From contig OZ257142.1 of NCBI GenBank assembly GCA_965279035.1, positions 224,001 through 288,000 of the forward strand: a stretch of DNA of 64,000 nucleotides, read 5' to 3'. The translations under genes and the position numbers were made by a program. The stretch is from Bacteroidia bacterium. GTDB taxonomy: Bacteria > Bacteroidota > Bacteroidia > M30B66. The notes below the pieces were generated by a model, which saw nothing but the letters and a program-made list of their open reading frames with translations, had not been told where the DNA came from and did not search any database. This document shows positions 10,726-20,679 of the stretch, piece by piece (within the stretch, counting starts at the first letter, position 1; each line of letters starts with the position of its first letter).

Positions 10726-11955
10726 TTGAGCACTTCTGCTTTTATCGCCCGACGACTTCTGCGTTCTGATGCAGGCAATAACCGATTATCTACACCGATA
10801 GTTCGAATTGCGATTGGCGGCATTTCGACAGGTATTTGTGTTATGATAGTGGCAATAGCGATTGTTACGGGCTTTCAGCAACAGATCAGGGCGAAAGTTA
10901 TTGGTTTCGGAGCGCATATTCAAATTAGCAAATACGATACGAATCATTCTTTTGAAAGTAATCCGATAAGCAACAACGCAAATTACTTAAGCGAAGTTGT
11001 GCAATTGCCTGGTATCAAGCATGTACAAGGGTTCGCAATCAAAGCGGGCATTGTTAAATCGGGTGATGCTATTGAAGGAGTAGTATTCAAAGGAATAGGA
11101 AAAGATTATTCTACCGCCTTTTTCAAGGAACATTTGATCTCGGGTAATTTGCCCATAATTCCTGATTCTGGGAGATCGAATGATGTATTGATTTCTAAAA
11201 CACAAGCTCAATTGCTGCATTTAAACGTGGGTGATGCCTTGTTGATGTATTTTGTTCAAGATCCTCCCAAAGCCAGGAAGTTCAAGGTTTCGGGAATTTA
11301 CGATACAGGATTGGGTGATAATGATTTTGATAAATTGTATGTGATTGGTGATTTGAGAGTTGTTCAACAATTGAATCATTGGGAACCGGATCAAGTGAGC
11401 GGAATTGAAGTGCAATTGGATGATTTTTCAAAACTCGATGAGAAAGAACAACTGATTTACCAGACCATTCCGAATGATTTGGATGCGAAAAGTATTCGAA
11501 CACGTTACCCTCAAATTTTTAGCTGGCTCGATTTGATGGATACCAATGTGTACATCATTATTGCCTTAATGCTTGTCGTTTCCATCATCAACATGGTCAC
11601 GTCCTTACTGATAATGATCTTGGAAAAAACGCAACTCATTGGGATTTTAAAAGCATTAGGTGCTGACAATCGCTTGGTTATTTCGCTCTTTATGAGACAA
11701 GCGGCTGTTTTAGTAGGAAAAGGAATGCTCATTGGCAATGTTGTCGGAATCGGACTTTGCTTCATTCAAGCTCAAACTGGTGTCTTGACCTTAAATCAGG
11801 AAACGTATTATTTGTCGGTTGTTCCTATTCATCTCGAAGTATTGGATGTGCTTTTATTGAACCTTGTTACGTTCGTAATCTGTTTGCTTTCCTTGCTCAT
11901 TCCGGCATTGCTTGTTATGCGAATTCGACCAGCTCGTGTTATTCGTTTCGATTGA
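10726..11955 (+). CDS. LolC/E-like (MacB/FtsX family) ABC transporter permease
   Basis: N-terminal TM, large periplasmic domain, and ILEKTQLIGILKALGA with three C-terminal TMs. Confidence 0.88.
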   Translation: MSTSAFIARRLLRSDAGNNRLSTPIVRIAIGGISTGICVMIVAIAIVTGFQQQIRAKVIGFGAHIQISKYDTNHSFESNPISNNANYLSEVVQLPGIKHVQGFAIKAGIVKSGDAIEGVVFKGIGKDYSTAFFKEHLISGNLPIIPDSGRSNDVLISKTQAQLLHLNVGDALLMYFVQDPPKARKFKVSGIYDTGLGDNDFDKLYVIGDLRVVQQLNHWEPDQVSGIEVQLDDFSKLDEKEQLIYQTIPNDLDAKSIRTRYPQIFSWLDLMDTNVYIIIALMLVVSIINMVTSLLIMILEKTQLIGILKALGADNRLVISLFMRQAAVLVGKGMLIGNVVGIGLCFIQAQTGVLTLNQETYYLSVVPIHLEVLDVLLLNLVTFVICLLSLLIPALLVMRIRPARVIRFD

Positions 11956-13057
11956 TTCGATTCAATAAATCGGCTACGGCTTGTGTTAAAAAATCCTGAT
12001 GCTCATCGAGCTTGATTGCATTTCCTCTATTATTTGTTGGGAACGAATTTAAAAAAGAGGGTGAGTCTTTTATTGCTGAAAGCTCCCTTTGTGAAAGGCT
12101 AGAAAATCCCCATTGATGCGCTTCTTTTGCCAAGTATTCTTGTTCTGTTTGTCCTGGAGTTGGGATTAACAAGGCAGTTCTATTGAGTCGAATTAAGTCC
12201 ATGAGGCTGCTATAACCCGAACGACAGAGAATGTATTCGGCTTGATTGATTTCTTTGGCGAATACTTCATCATTCGGATTCAGTATCAAGCGAATGGAAT
12301 TTATAGAATCTGAACTTACTTTCTCTGGAACATTCGAACATATAATTGAAATTCCGAGCGATGTTGCTTTTTGGATTCGAAGAATTTCTTTCAGTAAAAT
12401 ACCTTGCTGAGGTTCTGGACCAGAAAGAAGAACAAGAACGCCGTTTCGTGATGTGTTGCTCGAGTTCTGCTTGGAGAAGCGACTCAAAAATCCAATACGT
12501 CGAATTGTTGGGTTGATGTGAGTTGTTTGGGATAGTTTCCCACTTAAATCCTTGGGTTCTACTTGATCAGGAATCCATATTTCATCAAACGACTTAAGGA
12601 ATTTGCGAATTTTTTTGGAGATTGTTTTTTGTGTGATGCGAGGAAAGAAGGGCGAAACGGGATTTAATTGGTGCGTGATAAGCACACAAGGAATGCGTGG
12701 TGAATGTAGACCGTATCGGTTGTCAGAAACGACTGCATCTATTTGCTTGTTTTTTATCAGGGTTTGTAAGTTCGAGTATTCTAATCGGATGTTTCTACTG
12801 ATTTTATTCGCCTGAAGGAGGATTTTAGCCCATGCTGGCAACCAAGATGAATATCGGATTTCCGGTACATTTGTTGGAATTTGTTCCAAACCTGGAATGT
12901 GAGAATTCAGCAATGCAAGCACACGAGGTGAACCCATGATCAACACCTGAGCACCTTGAACTTGAAGCTCACGAATAACAGGAATACAGCGTGTAGCGTG
13001 ACCCAAACCCCAATCAAGAGGTGCAACTAATATGCGAGGAGCGTTTGGTTGCGACAT
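11939..13057 (-). CDS. GT-B glycosyltransferase (GT28 C-terminal-like)
   Basis: APLDWGLGHATRC, CRSGYSSLMDL and IPTPGQTEQEY motifs. Start reassigned to the ATG at 13057 (MSQPN) to avoid overlap with the divergent SDR. Confidence 0.85.
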   Translation of the reverse strand: MSQPNAPRILVAPLDWGLGHATRCIPVIRELQVQGAQVLIMGSPRVLALLNSHIPGLEQIPTNVPEIRYSSWLPAWAKILLQANKISRNIRLEYSNLQTLIKNKQIDAVVSDNRYGLHSPRIPCVLITHQLNPVSPFFPRITQKTISKKIRKFLKSFDEIWIPDQVEPKDLSGKLSQTTHINPTIRRIGFLSRFSKQNSSNTSRNGVLVLLSGPEPQQGILLKEILRIQKATSLGISIICSNVPEKVSSDSINSIRLILNPNDEVFAKEINQAEYILCRSGYSSLMDLIRLNRTALLIPTPGQTEQEYLAKEAHQWGFSSLSQRELSAIKDSPSFLNSFPTNNRGNAIKLDEHQDFLTQAVADLLNRINRNE

Positions 13058-13104
13058 AATGCAAAATAACCGGTATTTCCTCCACAAACCGCTACTTTTG
13101 CAGA

Positions 13105-13803
13105 ATGAAAGCAATCGTAACAGGAGCAAGTAGTGGAATAGGACATGCAATCGCGTTGAAATTAGCCGCAGCAGGTTGGCAATTAGCAGTCATTTCGAGA
13201 AGTGAAAAGCGCGTGGATGAACTATTGGCATTGCTAGGTACACTTGGCATGCAGGAACATATTTTCATGACGGGCGATTTAACCCATCCCGGTGTGGTGG
13301 AATCTTTTTGCTCAACCGTTAAAGAGCGTTGGGGCAATGTGGATTTGATTGTAAATAATGCAGGAGAATACGTGCCCGGAGATGTGGGAACATTGACTTT
13401 AGCTCAGTTAGATGAGCAGATGAATGTCAATTTCCGCAGTGGTTTTCAGCTTATACAGCATTTTGTTCCTGTGATGAAGCAAGCTGGTAAAGGACGGATT
13501 GTCTTTATTAGTTCTCAAGTGGTGAATGATCCTCGCCCATTTGCAGCAGCCTATACGCTTTCAAAAGGATTGAATGATATGTATGCTCGCTTGTTGCGTG
13601 ATGAATTGCGCGAATCGGGCATTGGAGTAACGCGTATCGTTCCGGGCTCGGTAAACACTTCAACATGGGGCGATGCCGAAGTGCCGCGTGATCAATTTGT
13701 TCAACCCGAAGAGATTGCTCAACTCGTTCTCGACATTTGTACTATGTCGACTTCAACTTTAGTGGATGAGATTCGGATTCGTCCGCTTGATAAAAATTGG
13801 TAA
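13105..13803 (+). CDS. Short-chain dehydrogenase/reductase
   Basis: TGASSGIG, VNNAG and YTLSK (YxxxK). Confidence 0.92.
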   Translation: MKAIVTGASSGIGHAIALKLAAAGWQLAVISRSEKRVDELLALLGTLGMQEHIFMTGDLTHPGVVESFCSTVKERWGNVDLIVNNAGEYVPGDVGTLTLAQLDEQMNVNFRSGFQLIQHFVPVMKQAGKGRIVFISSQVVNDPRPFAAAYTLSKGLNDMYARLLRDELRESGIGVTRIVPGSVNTSTWGDAEVPRDQFVQPEEIAQLVLDICTMSTSTLVDEIRIRPLDKNW

Positions 13804-13809
13804 ACACAC

Positions 13810-14472
13810 ATGACCAAACGAAAACTGAGAAATTTTGCTGAGTTGGAAACATTCACCAATGTGATTCAGCATCCCTATAAACGCGAGCAGTATGATCATC
13901 CCATGAAGGGAAACTGGCAGCGCGATTTTTTCAAAAATGAATTACCCATTACGTTGGAACTTGGCTGTGGCAAAGGAGAATACAGTGTTGGTTTAGCCTT
14001 GAAACATCCCGACAGGAATTACCTAGGTATCGACATCAAAGGAAATCGCATCTGGCGTGGAGCAAAAACCGGCATCGAAGAACATATTCCCAATTTGGGC
14101 TTTTTGAGAACCGAAATCGACCACTTAATAAACTTCTTTAACCCGGGCGAAGTAGATGAAATCTGGATTACGTTTCCCGATCCTCAGCCCAATAAAACCA
14201 AGGCACAAAAGCGCTTGACTTCCCCCGAATTTTTAGATCGATATCGCAAGATTTTACGTCCGGGCGGAGTGGTGCATTTGAAAACCGATTCTGCATTTTT
14301 GTTTGAGTCGACGATGGAAGTGATTGAATCTCAGAAATTGCCGGTATTACGCATCAGTCGGGATATTGACACCGATTTTCCGGGTGATGAATTATTACAG
14401 ATTCGGACGTATTATGAATTGAAATTCCGTCAGACCGGAGTACCTATTAATTATGTAGCATTTACGCTATGA
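13810..14472 (+). CDS. trmB: tRNA (guanine-N7)-methyltransferase
   Basis: LELGCGKGEY, ITFPDPQ, KRL and HLKTD motifs. Confidence 0.95.
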   Translation: MTKRKLRNFAELETFTNVIQHPYKREQYDHPMKGNWQRDFFKNELPITLELGCGKGEYSVGLALKHPDRNYLGIDIKGNRIWRGAKTGIEEHIPNLGFLRTEIDHLINFFNPGEVDEIWITFPDPQPNKTKAQKRLTSPEFLDRYRKILRPGGVVHLKTDSAFLFESTMEVIESQKLPVLRISRDIDTDFPGDELLQIRTYYELKFRQTGVPINYVAFTL

Positions 14473-14816
14473 AAGATCCACGCGACCAGGAAGATTTCTT
14501 TGAAAAGGTATTTGCCGTGGTGCGCGAAATTCCGGCAGGTCGAGTAACTAGTTATGGGGCAATTGCCAAGTTTTTGGGTACTGGAGGATCGGCTAGAACA
14601 GTTGGTTGGGCGATGAATTTATCGCATTCGGCTGCCATTCCAGTTCCTGCACATCGGGTGGTTAATCGCAACGGTCAATTAACGGGAAAGCACCATTTTC
14701 CGAATCCGGATGCGATGCAAGAACAATTAGAAGCCGAAGGCATTGTGGTAAAAGAGGATCAGATTGTTGGTTTTCCTCAGGTTTTCTGGGATCCTCAAAT
14801 TGAAATTGGGCTTTAA
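14469..14816 (+). CDS. MGMT-family alkyltransferase-like (ATL) protein
   Basis: IPAGRVTSYGAIA...ARTVGWAM...PAHRVV. The active-site Cys of PCHRV is replaced by Ala, as in ATL proteins. Confidence 0.85.
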   Translation: MKDPRDQEDFFEKVFAVVREIPAGRVTSYGAIAKFLGTGGSARTVGWAMNLSHSAAIPVPAHRVVNRNGQLTGKHHFPNPDAMQEQLEAEGIVVKEDQIVGFPQVFWDPQIEIGL

Positions 14817-15088
14817 CGTTTGCTAATACGATTGCCCGTGCTTCGCTGACGCGTGCATTTGAAGCGCGACACATTCATATCTCTTAAAGCCACATGTTTG
14901 GTATGACGACCAGCAACTCTAGCGCGCCATTTTCGCCAGTTATTGGGATGAAGTTCGCGTTTCATCAAGGCTTTCACGTCGTCTTCGCGTAATCCAAATT
15001 GAAGAAAAATAGCATCAAAGGGAGTACGATCTTCCCAGGCCATTTCGATGATGCGATCAATATCGAGCGGTTGAAGCGTGGCTGTCAT
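14813..15088 (-). CDS. TIGR03643/DUF2805-family small protein
   Basis: RIIEMAWEDRTPFDAI...WRARV..R.TKH signature. Confidence 0.85.
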   Translation of the reverse strand: MTATLQPLDIDRIIEMAWEDRTPFDAIFLQFGLREDDVKALMKRELHPNNWRKWRARVAGRHTKHVALRDMNVSRFKCTRQRSTGNRISKR

Positions 15089-15124
15089 GCGAAGAAAACC
15101 ACTATCCGCAAGAAAAGTTCAGGA

Positions 15125-15652
15125 CTAAGTCGTGATTTTCTTTTTCGCCAAGACAATATCCACTTTTTCGCATGCCGTCTTGAAGCGTTTATCGTCTTTC
15201 CCAGAGATGACGCTAAAGGAACGACCATCTTCTTTTAACGCAATTTGATAACGATCGAACAATTCTTGTCGGCGGTTTGGATGTTCGCGCAAAGGATCGT
15301 TAACCCAAGGAAGGTCGATGTTCATGAGCAAAGTATGCGTGTAACGCGGAATGCGTGAGGCTTTAAGCAACCAATCGGGGCAGGAGCCAAAGACCACTTC
15401 CATCCAGATGCGGCACACGAGCAAATCGGTATCGCAGATGATGAGGCGGTGATTTTTCTCGAGCACGTTTTCGGCGTCCATTTGTCCGCGGGCGATGGCT
15501 TCCACATCGTAAGCCGCATACTTGCGATTGAGTTGCATCAAGTATTCGCGAGCATATTCAGGCACGACCGGACAACTATAATGAGCCGCTAATTGATGCG
15601 CAAGGGTAGATTTTCCGGTTGATTCAGGGCCGGTAACAGCAATTCGGATCAT
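15125..15652 (-). CDS. NadR-type (AAA_28) nucleoside kinase-like ATP-binding protein
   Basis: GPESTGKST P-loop, EYAREY, ICDTD and PWVNDPLRE. Overlaps pnuC (ATGA coupling). Confidence 0.88.
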   Translation of the reverse strand: MIRIAVTGPESTGKSTLAHQLAAHYSCPVVPEYAREYLMQLNRKYAAYDVEAIARGQMDAENVLEKNHRLIICDTDLLVCRIWMEVVFGSCPDWLLKASRIPRYTHTLLMNIDLPWVNDPLREHPNRRQELFDRYQIALKEDGRSFSVISGKDDKRFKTACEKVDIVLAKKKITT

Positions 15653-16218
15653 GAAAGGACGAGGTCTTTTTTCCAGCGGAATGCGCCGTACACAGCCAAA
15701 GCAGCCATGATAATGTATAACAATGCAGTGAGGTGCAATGTTTTATAAATGAACAATCCGCTATTAACGAGATCGACGAGAACCCAGCAATACCAGTTTT
15801 CGATGAATTTTCGAGCCATCATCCAGGTGATGATTAATCCGGCTACGCCCATGCTGGCATCAAAAAAAGGCACATCGGTATTGGAATAATGCACGAGTGT
15901 TAAACCGAGCAAGTAGGAGGCAAGGAGAAAGAGAATGGAAAGTGCAAACGCGGTGTTTAGCGGAATATTTCGAACAGGACGATCGGATGCTTTTTTACCT
16001 ATACGATTCCAATTCCACCAGCCAAAGAAACCAATCAGAACGTAGGTAAATTGCAATCCTGTTTCGGCATAGAGGCGAGATTGAAAAAAAACCGGTACGT
16101 AAAGAGCCGATCCTAAAATACCAAAAGCCCACCCGGCAATTTGTCCACGCACCGTGAGGATAACACCTAAGAGCGCGAGAAGAAAAGCACTAAGTTCGAA
16201 CAGTTGAGCTCCGAGCAT
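15649..16218 (-). CDS. pnuC: PnuC-family vitamin/nucleoside transporter
   Basis: Seven TM segments with LYAE..LQ, GWWNW and ARKFIENW motifs. Confidence 0.9.
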   Translation of the reverse strand: MLGAQLFELSAFLLALLGVILTVRGQIAGWAFGILGSALYVPVFFQSRLYAETGLQFTYVLIGFFGWWNWNRIGKKASDRPVRNIPLNTAFALSILFLLASYLLGLTLVHYSNTDVPFFDASMGVAGLIITWMMARKFIENWYCWVLVDLVNSGLFIYKTLHLTALLYIIMAALAVYGAFRWKKDLVLS

Positions 16219-16315
16219 GCATTGAAATGAGATTCACAAACATCGGTTAATTCGTGTGAATTCATGGGTGATTTACACGGAAGATTCAGAATAAAAAAAT
16301 GCTGAAATTGGATGC

Positions 16316-17824
16316 ATGAAATTTAAGTTTCTACTCCTCTTTATTGGGGTGTTTCAGTTTGCCTCCGCCCAAAGCGAGTCCTACAGTTGGATTTATGGCA
16401 ATTGTGACAGCACTGAGAATAATTGTACTGGTTGGTATGGGACTGCCGTCATTCAATTTAACGATGATAGTATTGAAAGTATTCGAAGAGTTGATTTTCC
16501 AACAGCTTTTGGTTTCCTTTCATCATGTATTTCAGACTCAGAAGGAAATCTTGTATTAGCGAATAGTAACCATATGGTTTATGATTCATCAGGAAATACC
16601 TTATTAGATTTAGAAACCAATGACTATACTAATTTTCAATTGGGTTATTTAAGGTATTCGGCCCTTTTCTTTAAATTAAGAGAGCCTAAAAAAAATTATT
16701 ACTTCTTGAACTTTAAAGTAGCATGGGTTGATTCAGCAGAAAACCCTCTTATGAATAACCGAATTAGCAGAATTTACCTTAGTAAAATTAAGGTTGATGA
16801 AAATGGTTATGAAATAATGAATATCGATACTCTTTTCAGAAATGATACTATACTAGGTGCCGGTATGCAGGCATGTCGCCATGCTAACGGTAGAGATTGG
16901 TGGATTTTCAGTAACACATACAATCAGAAACAATTCTTAAGAGGATTATTAACTCCCAATGGTGTTGATTTTGAATTATACGATGGACCCGGCCCTGATT
17001 TATTTCAAAACTCTGGGCAAAATCAATTTAGCTCTGATGGAACAAAACTGTTCCATTACTTATCTACATACTACCGGAAAATGCAGATTTATGATTTTGA
17101 CAGATGCACGGGTGAATTGAGTAATTTTCGGGAGATGGATTTTAGTTCATATATCCCTTTTCCGCCATATGATTTTACACCATATGTATTAAGTCCGGAC
17201 GCTAGTAAAATATACATGGGAAGATCGAATCCAAGCCCAGTAGTTTCATATCAAAATATTCAAGTTGATGTTGCAAGTGGGCAAATGACCGTTGTTGCTG
17301 ATAGCGTTTTTGTTCCTTGCCTTACGCCCAATTTAAAATGGGTAGTTTCGGGTTATCAATCTGTTACTTGGTCGCATATTGATAGAATAAATGCACTCAC
17401 ACAACCCAATGAACTAGGAGCTGATTGTAATCGAATTCGGGATTTATATTCTTTGCCTGTGGATGGTTTTGTTTTCGAACCTATCGAATACGCCAATCAT
17501 TTACTTGGTCCTATTGACGGCAGTAGTTGCGACACTTTAGGTTTAGATGATGAAACGGGAATTCAAAAACAAAAAGAATTCAGCTTTCAACTTTTTCCCA
17601 ATCCAGGAGGAAATCAATTAACTATTAAAACTGATATGCCTTTACCTGTCAAGCTTGTACTGCGAGATTCACAAGGAAAAAATGTATTCGGAAAAGAATT
17701 CAATAAAAATTCATTTTCAATTCAACAGGAATTAATGGAATTAAATCAAGGAATTTATTTTGTTGAAATAATGAATGTGGCTCAACATAAACGATTGGTT
17801 AGGAAGTGGATGAAGGTGGAATGA
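16316..17824 (+). CDS. Secreted beta-propeller-like protein with T9SS type A C-terminal domain
   Basis: Signal peptide, HANGRDWW and FSSDG..YDFDRCTG propeller-like motifs, and CTD LFPNP...GIYFVEI...KWMK. Confidence 0.8.
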   Translation: MKFKFLLLFIGVFQFASAQSESYSWIYGNCDSTENNCTGWYGTAVIQFNDDSIESIRRVDFPTAFGFLSSCISDSEGNLVLANSNHMVYDSSGNTLLDLETNDYTNFQLGYLRYSALFFKLREPKKNYYFLNFKVAWVDSAENPLMNNRISRIYLSKIKVDENGYEIMNIDTLFRNDTILGAGMQACRHANGRDWWIFSNTYNQKQFLRGLLTPNGVDFELYDGPGPDLFQNSGQNQFSSDGTKLFHYLSTYYRKMQIYDFDRCTGELSNFREMDFSSYIPFPPYDFTPYVLSPDASKIYMGRSNPSPVVSYQNIQVDVASGQMTVVADSVFVPCLTPNLKWVVSGYQSVTWSHIDRINALTQPNELGADCNRIRDLYSLPVDGFVFEPIEYANHLLGPIDGSSCDTLGLDDETGIQKQKEFSFQLFPNPGGNQLTIKTDMPLPVKLVLRDSQGKNVFGKEFNKNSFSIQQELMELNQGIYFVEIMNVAQHKRLVRKWMKVE

Positions 17825-17958
17825 AATAATTGAGATTTTCTAATATTTTGATTACTCGTTGTGCGGTTGAATTATCAATTTATTTTTTCATATCAATCAA
17901 TGAAGTAAGGCTGATATAGCAACTTGTCAATAATCATTCATGATTGTCTACGACGTAT

Positions 17959-18161
17959 TACTTTATTGTCTTGACACAAGAAAGTATGCAACGGCGAAGC
18001 CCTCATGAGTACAAATTAAAAAATAAACACATACGAATAAAGTAGGTCAAGTCTGGACGATGCTTCAGCGCTCAAAAGGCCATTTTTCGCCCTTTGTGCA
18101 GGTAGCAATATTTTTCAATGGAATGTCGAAACACACCCTCGCCGCCCAGACGGGCCCTCGC
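17959..18161. repeat. Structured intergenic element resembling a Bacteroidota interspersed repeat
   Basis: Hairpin TACTTT-ATTGTC-TT-GACACAAG-AAAGTA (17959-17986). CTTGAC is complementary to a downstream GTCAAG, and GTCTGGACG (18051) pairs with CGCCCAGAC (~18143-18151). Confidence 0.4.
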
Positions 18162-18371
18162 AATGATCCGTGCTTGCATTTTAGTATTACTAAACATTCA
18201 TGAAAATTTGCAAGTTTTTTCTTATTTGCCTTTACATAAATATCAACGACGTATCAATTCTAGTCTTGAAACACGCTTCGATAAACTCAACCTACAATCA
18301 AAGAAGTTCTATTCTGGAAGATGCTGCTCGAACTAAATTTTTCAAATCGATGCCGAAACAAGGAACTGAAT

Positions 18372-18414
18372 TATACGTACGAAATAATTATATTTGCACG
18401 TAAGCATTAGGCGT
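18372..18414 (+). promoter_or_regulatory. Promoter and probable autoregulatory operator of the TA operon
   Basis: TATATTTG -7 box at 18389-18396, flanked by repeated TACGTA, CACGTA and GCGTA sites. Confidence 0.55.
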
Positions 18415-18660
18415 ATGGACACCAAATTAACACTCAAGCTTGAGCAATCGGTGATTGAAAAAGCGAAAGACTATGCTAAAAAACAGCAAACTAGCTTGTC
18501 GAGATTGATAGAAAATTATCTTTTAAACATTACCAATGAGGAAGAAAGTGAAGAAAAAATAACTCCATTGGTTAAGAGTTTATCGGGCATAATTGATCTG
18601 CCGAATGATCTAGATTATAAAAAAGAATATGCTGATTATCTCAGTAATAAATACAAATAA
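18415..18660 (+). CDS. DUF6364-family (RHH-like) antitoxin
   Basis: MDTKLTLKL...AKDYAKKQQTSLSRLIENYL...VKSLSGII. Translationally coupled (TAATG) to the PIN gene. Start moved to the ATG at 18415. Confidence 0.85.
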   Translation: MDTKLTLKLEQSVIEKAKDYAKKQQTSLSRLIENYLLNITNEEESEEKITPLVKSLSGIIDLPNDLDYKKEYADYLSNKYK

Positions 18661-19070
18661 TGGAACGTGTATTTGTTGATTCTGATATTATTCTGGATTT
18701 ATTAGGAGGCAGAGAACCATTCTATAAATTTTCTGCCGAACTATTTTCTATATCCGACAAAGGAAAAATTAAACTACATGTTTCCTCTTTATCCTTTGCT
18801 AATTTGAACTACATTTTATCTAAGCAGTTTTCGTCAGAACAAGCGCGGAAAAAATTATTGAAATTTAAAACACTGGTCACTGTTTTGGCTGTCACGGATA
18901 AAATCGTTGATCTTTCATTAGCTTCTGATTTCAAAGACTTTGAGGATGGACTTCAATACTTTAGTGCAATAGAAAATGGAATCAATCTTTTACTAACTCG
19001 AAATCTAAAAGATTATAAATCAGCTGAAATTAGTGTAATGACCGCTGAGCAATTTTTGAAAGGAAAATAA
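18660..19070 (+). CDS. PIN-domain (VapC-like) toxin
   Basis: VFVDSDIILD...DFEDGLQ..SA...TRNLKDY acidic PIN motifs. Confidence 0.9.
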   Translation: MERVFVDSDIILDLLGGREPFYKFSAELFSISDKGKIKLHVSSLSFANLNYILSKQFSSEQARKKLLKFKTLVTVLAVTDKIVDLSLASDFKDFEDGLQYFSAIENGINLLLTRNLKDYKSAEISVMTAEQFLKGK

Positions 19071-19139
19071 AAAAGCGAAACCCTTTCCTCCTCTATAAGG
19101 CAATCGTACAAAAGGTTTTAAGCTGAAGTCAATGAATCC

Positions 19140-20096
19140 TCAAGCTGAAGTTTTCATTGCTCGAAGATTCACCAACATATCGCCGGTCATTTTAGCTAAA
19201 TCGAATTCGGGATTCCAGTTCCAGTCTTTACGGGCTTCGCTGTCGTTGATTGAAGCAGGCCAGGAATCGGCAATGGCTTGGCGGAAATCGGGTGCATAGT
19301 CGATACGAAAATCGGGGATGTGTTTGCGTATTTCTTCAGCTAGATTTTCGGGTGAAAAGCTCATTGCTGCGAGATTATAGGAAGAACGAATACGAATCTG
19401 CTCAGCTGGAGCTTGCATAATTTGGATGGTGGCGTTAATGCCATCGGGCATGTACATCATCGGCAAACGCGTATTGGCCGAAAGGAAACTGGTGTAAGAA
19501 CCTTTCTCTATCGCTTCATGAAAAATGTGTACAGCATAATCGGTCGTTCCTCCGCCAGGTGCCGATTTCCAGCCTATCAATCCCGGATAACGCAGAGATC
19601 GAACATCTACGCCAAATTTCTGATGGTAATATTCGCACCAGCGTTCACCTGCCAATTTCGAAATGCCATACACGGTGGTTGGCTCAGCTATGGTGTTTTG
19701 TGGCGTTGCAATTCGAGGCGTAGTTGGACCAAATACAGCGATGGAACTCGGCCAGTAAAGTTTTTTAATCTTGCCTTCTTTAGCAGCATCCAACAAATGA
19801 AACAGCCCGTTCATGTTGAGATCCCAAGCTTTCATCGGGAATTTCTCTCCCGTTGCTGATAGCATCGCAGCTAACAGATACACTTCCGAAATGCGATACT
19901 TGGCAAATATCTCCGACAAACGCTGTGTATCTAAAACATTGAGTTGCTCAAATGGACCGTCCGATTCGGTGGGAATGTTCAAGTCGGCTGCAATTACTTG
20001 AGATGAACCGTGGATTTCACGAAGTCGGCTTACGAGTTCTGTTCCGATTTGACCGGAAGAACCAATTACCAGGATGTGATCCGTGGAAGAAGGCAT
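19140..20096 (-). CDS. Extended-SDR L-threonine 3-dehydrogenase (epimerase/dehydratase family)
   Basis: GSSGQIG, LAAMLSATGE, PSSIAVFG, YGISK, PGGGTTDY and RQAIADSWP motifs. Confidence 0.9.
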   Translation of the reverse strand: MPSSTDHILVIGSSGQIGTELVSRLREIHGSSQVIAADLNIPTESDGPFEQLNVLDTQRLSEIFAKYRISEVYLLAAMLSATGEKFPMKAWDLNMNGLFHLLDAAKEGKIKKLYWPSSIAVFGPTTPRIATPQNTIAEPTTVYGISKLAGERWCEYYHQKFGVDVRSLRYPGLIGWKSAPGGGTTDYAVHIFHEAIEKGSYTSFLSANTRLPMMYMPDGINATIQIMQAPAEQIRIRSSYNLAAMSFSPENLAEEIRKHIPDFRIDYAPDFRQAIADSWPASINDSEARKDWNWNPEFDLAKMTGDMLVNLRAMKTSA

Positions 20097-20203
20097 AGTT
20101 TGGATGGTTTTGGGGCGATAAAGGTAGAAAAAGAGCGCTCATAGCAAGTGTCTCACAGCGATTCATCCACCTGCATGTGAAGAAAAAAATAAGACGACAC
20201 TCG

Positions 20204-20240
20204 ATATGTTTGCATATTATATGTACACTTAGTATATTTG
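20204..20240 (+). promoter_or_regulatory. Promoter with palindromic putative MarR operator
   Basis: ATATG-TTTG-CATAT palindrome (20204-20217) followed by a TATATTTG -7 box (20233-20240), upstream of the SRPBCC-EVE-MarR operon. Confidence 0.5.
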
Positions 20241-20259
20241 TCGGCTCATACTCAAAACC

Positions 20260-20679
20260 ATGTGGAAAGGAAACGCAAGCATCATCACCCAAAAGGCTAC
20301 TATCGACCAGCTTTGGAAGACATTAACCGACATACAAAACTGGAACACTTGGGATCTGGACATTGCATGGACGAGCATAGAAGGTCCAGTAAAACTGGGC
20401 GCTGAATTTTACCTAAAGCCCAAAGATGGACCTAAAACCAAACTGCACATTTCGGAATACACTGCTCCCAATGTATTTAGTGACATTGCACATCTGCCCT
20501 TGGCAAAAATGCGAACTACTCATCGCTTTGTCCAAACAGAGCAGAGCGTAGAAATCCATATTGAAGTGGAAGTGCGCGGTTTATTGAGCTTTATCTGGAG
20601 CCGAATCATTGCTCAAAACCAGATTAAGGGCGCTGAGCAACAAACGCAAAACCTCATCAACAAAGCGGGCGAGCTATGA
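20260..20679 (+). CDS. SRPBCC / polyketide-cyclase-like protein
   Basis: LWKTLTDIQNWNTWD START-fold N-terminus; 139 aa. Confidence 0.8.
   Translation: MWKGNASIITQKATIDQLWKTLTDIQNWNTWDLDIAWTSIEGPVKLGAEFYLKPKDGPKTKLHISEYTAPNVFSDIAHLPLAKMRTTHRFVQTEQSVEIHIEVEVRGLLSFIWSRIIAQNQIKGAEQQTQNLINKAGEL

Noticed and set aside
18118-18403. ORFs of 72 and 67 aa upstream of the antitoxin
   Set aside because: No recognisable motifs; they overlap the structured element and the TA promoter.
19120-19151. 10-bp direct repeat AAGCTGAAGT duplicating the 3' end of the threonine dehydrogenase gene
   Set aside because: Too short and too close together to support a target-site duplication; no matching copy seen at the other side of the TA region.
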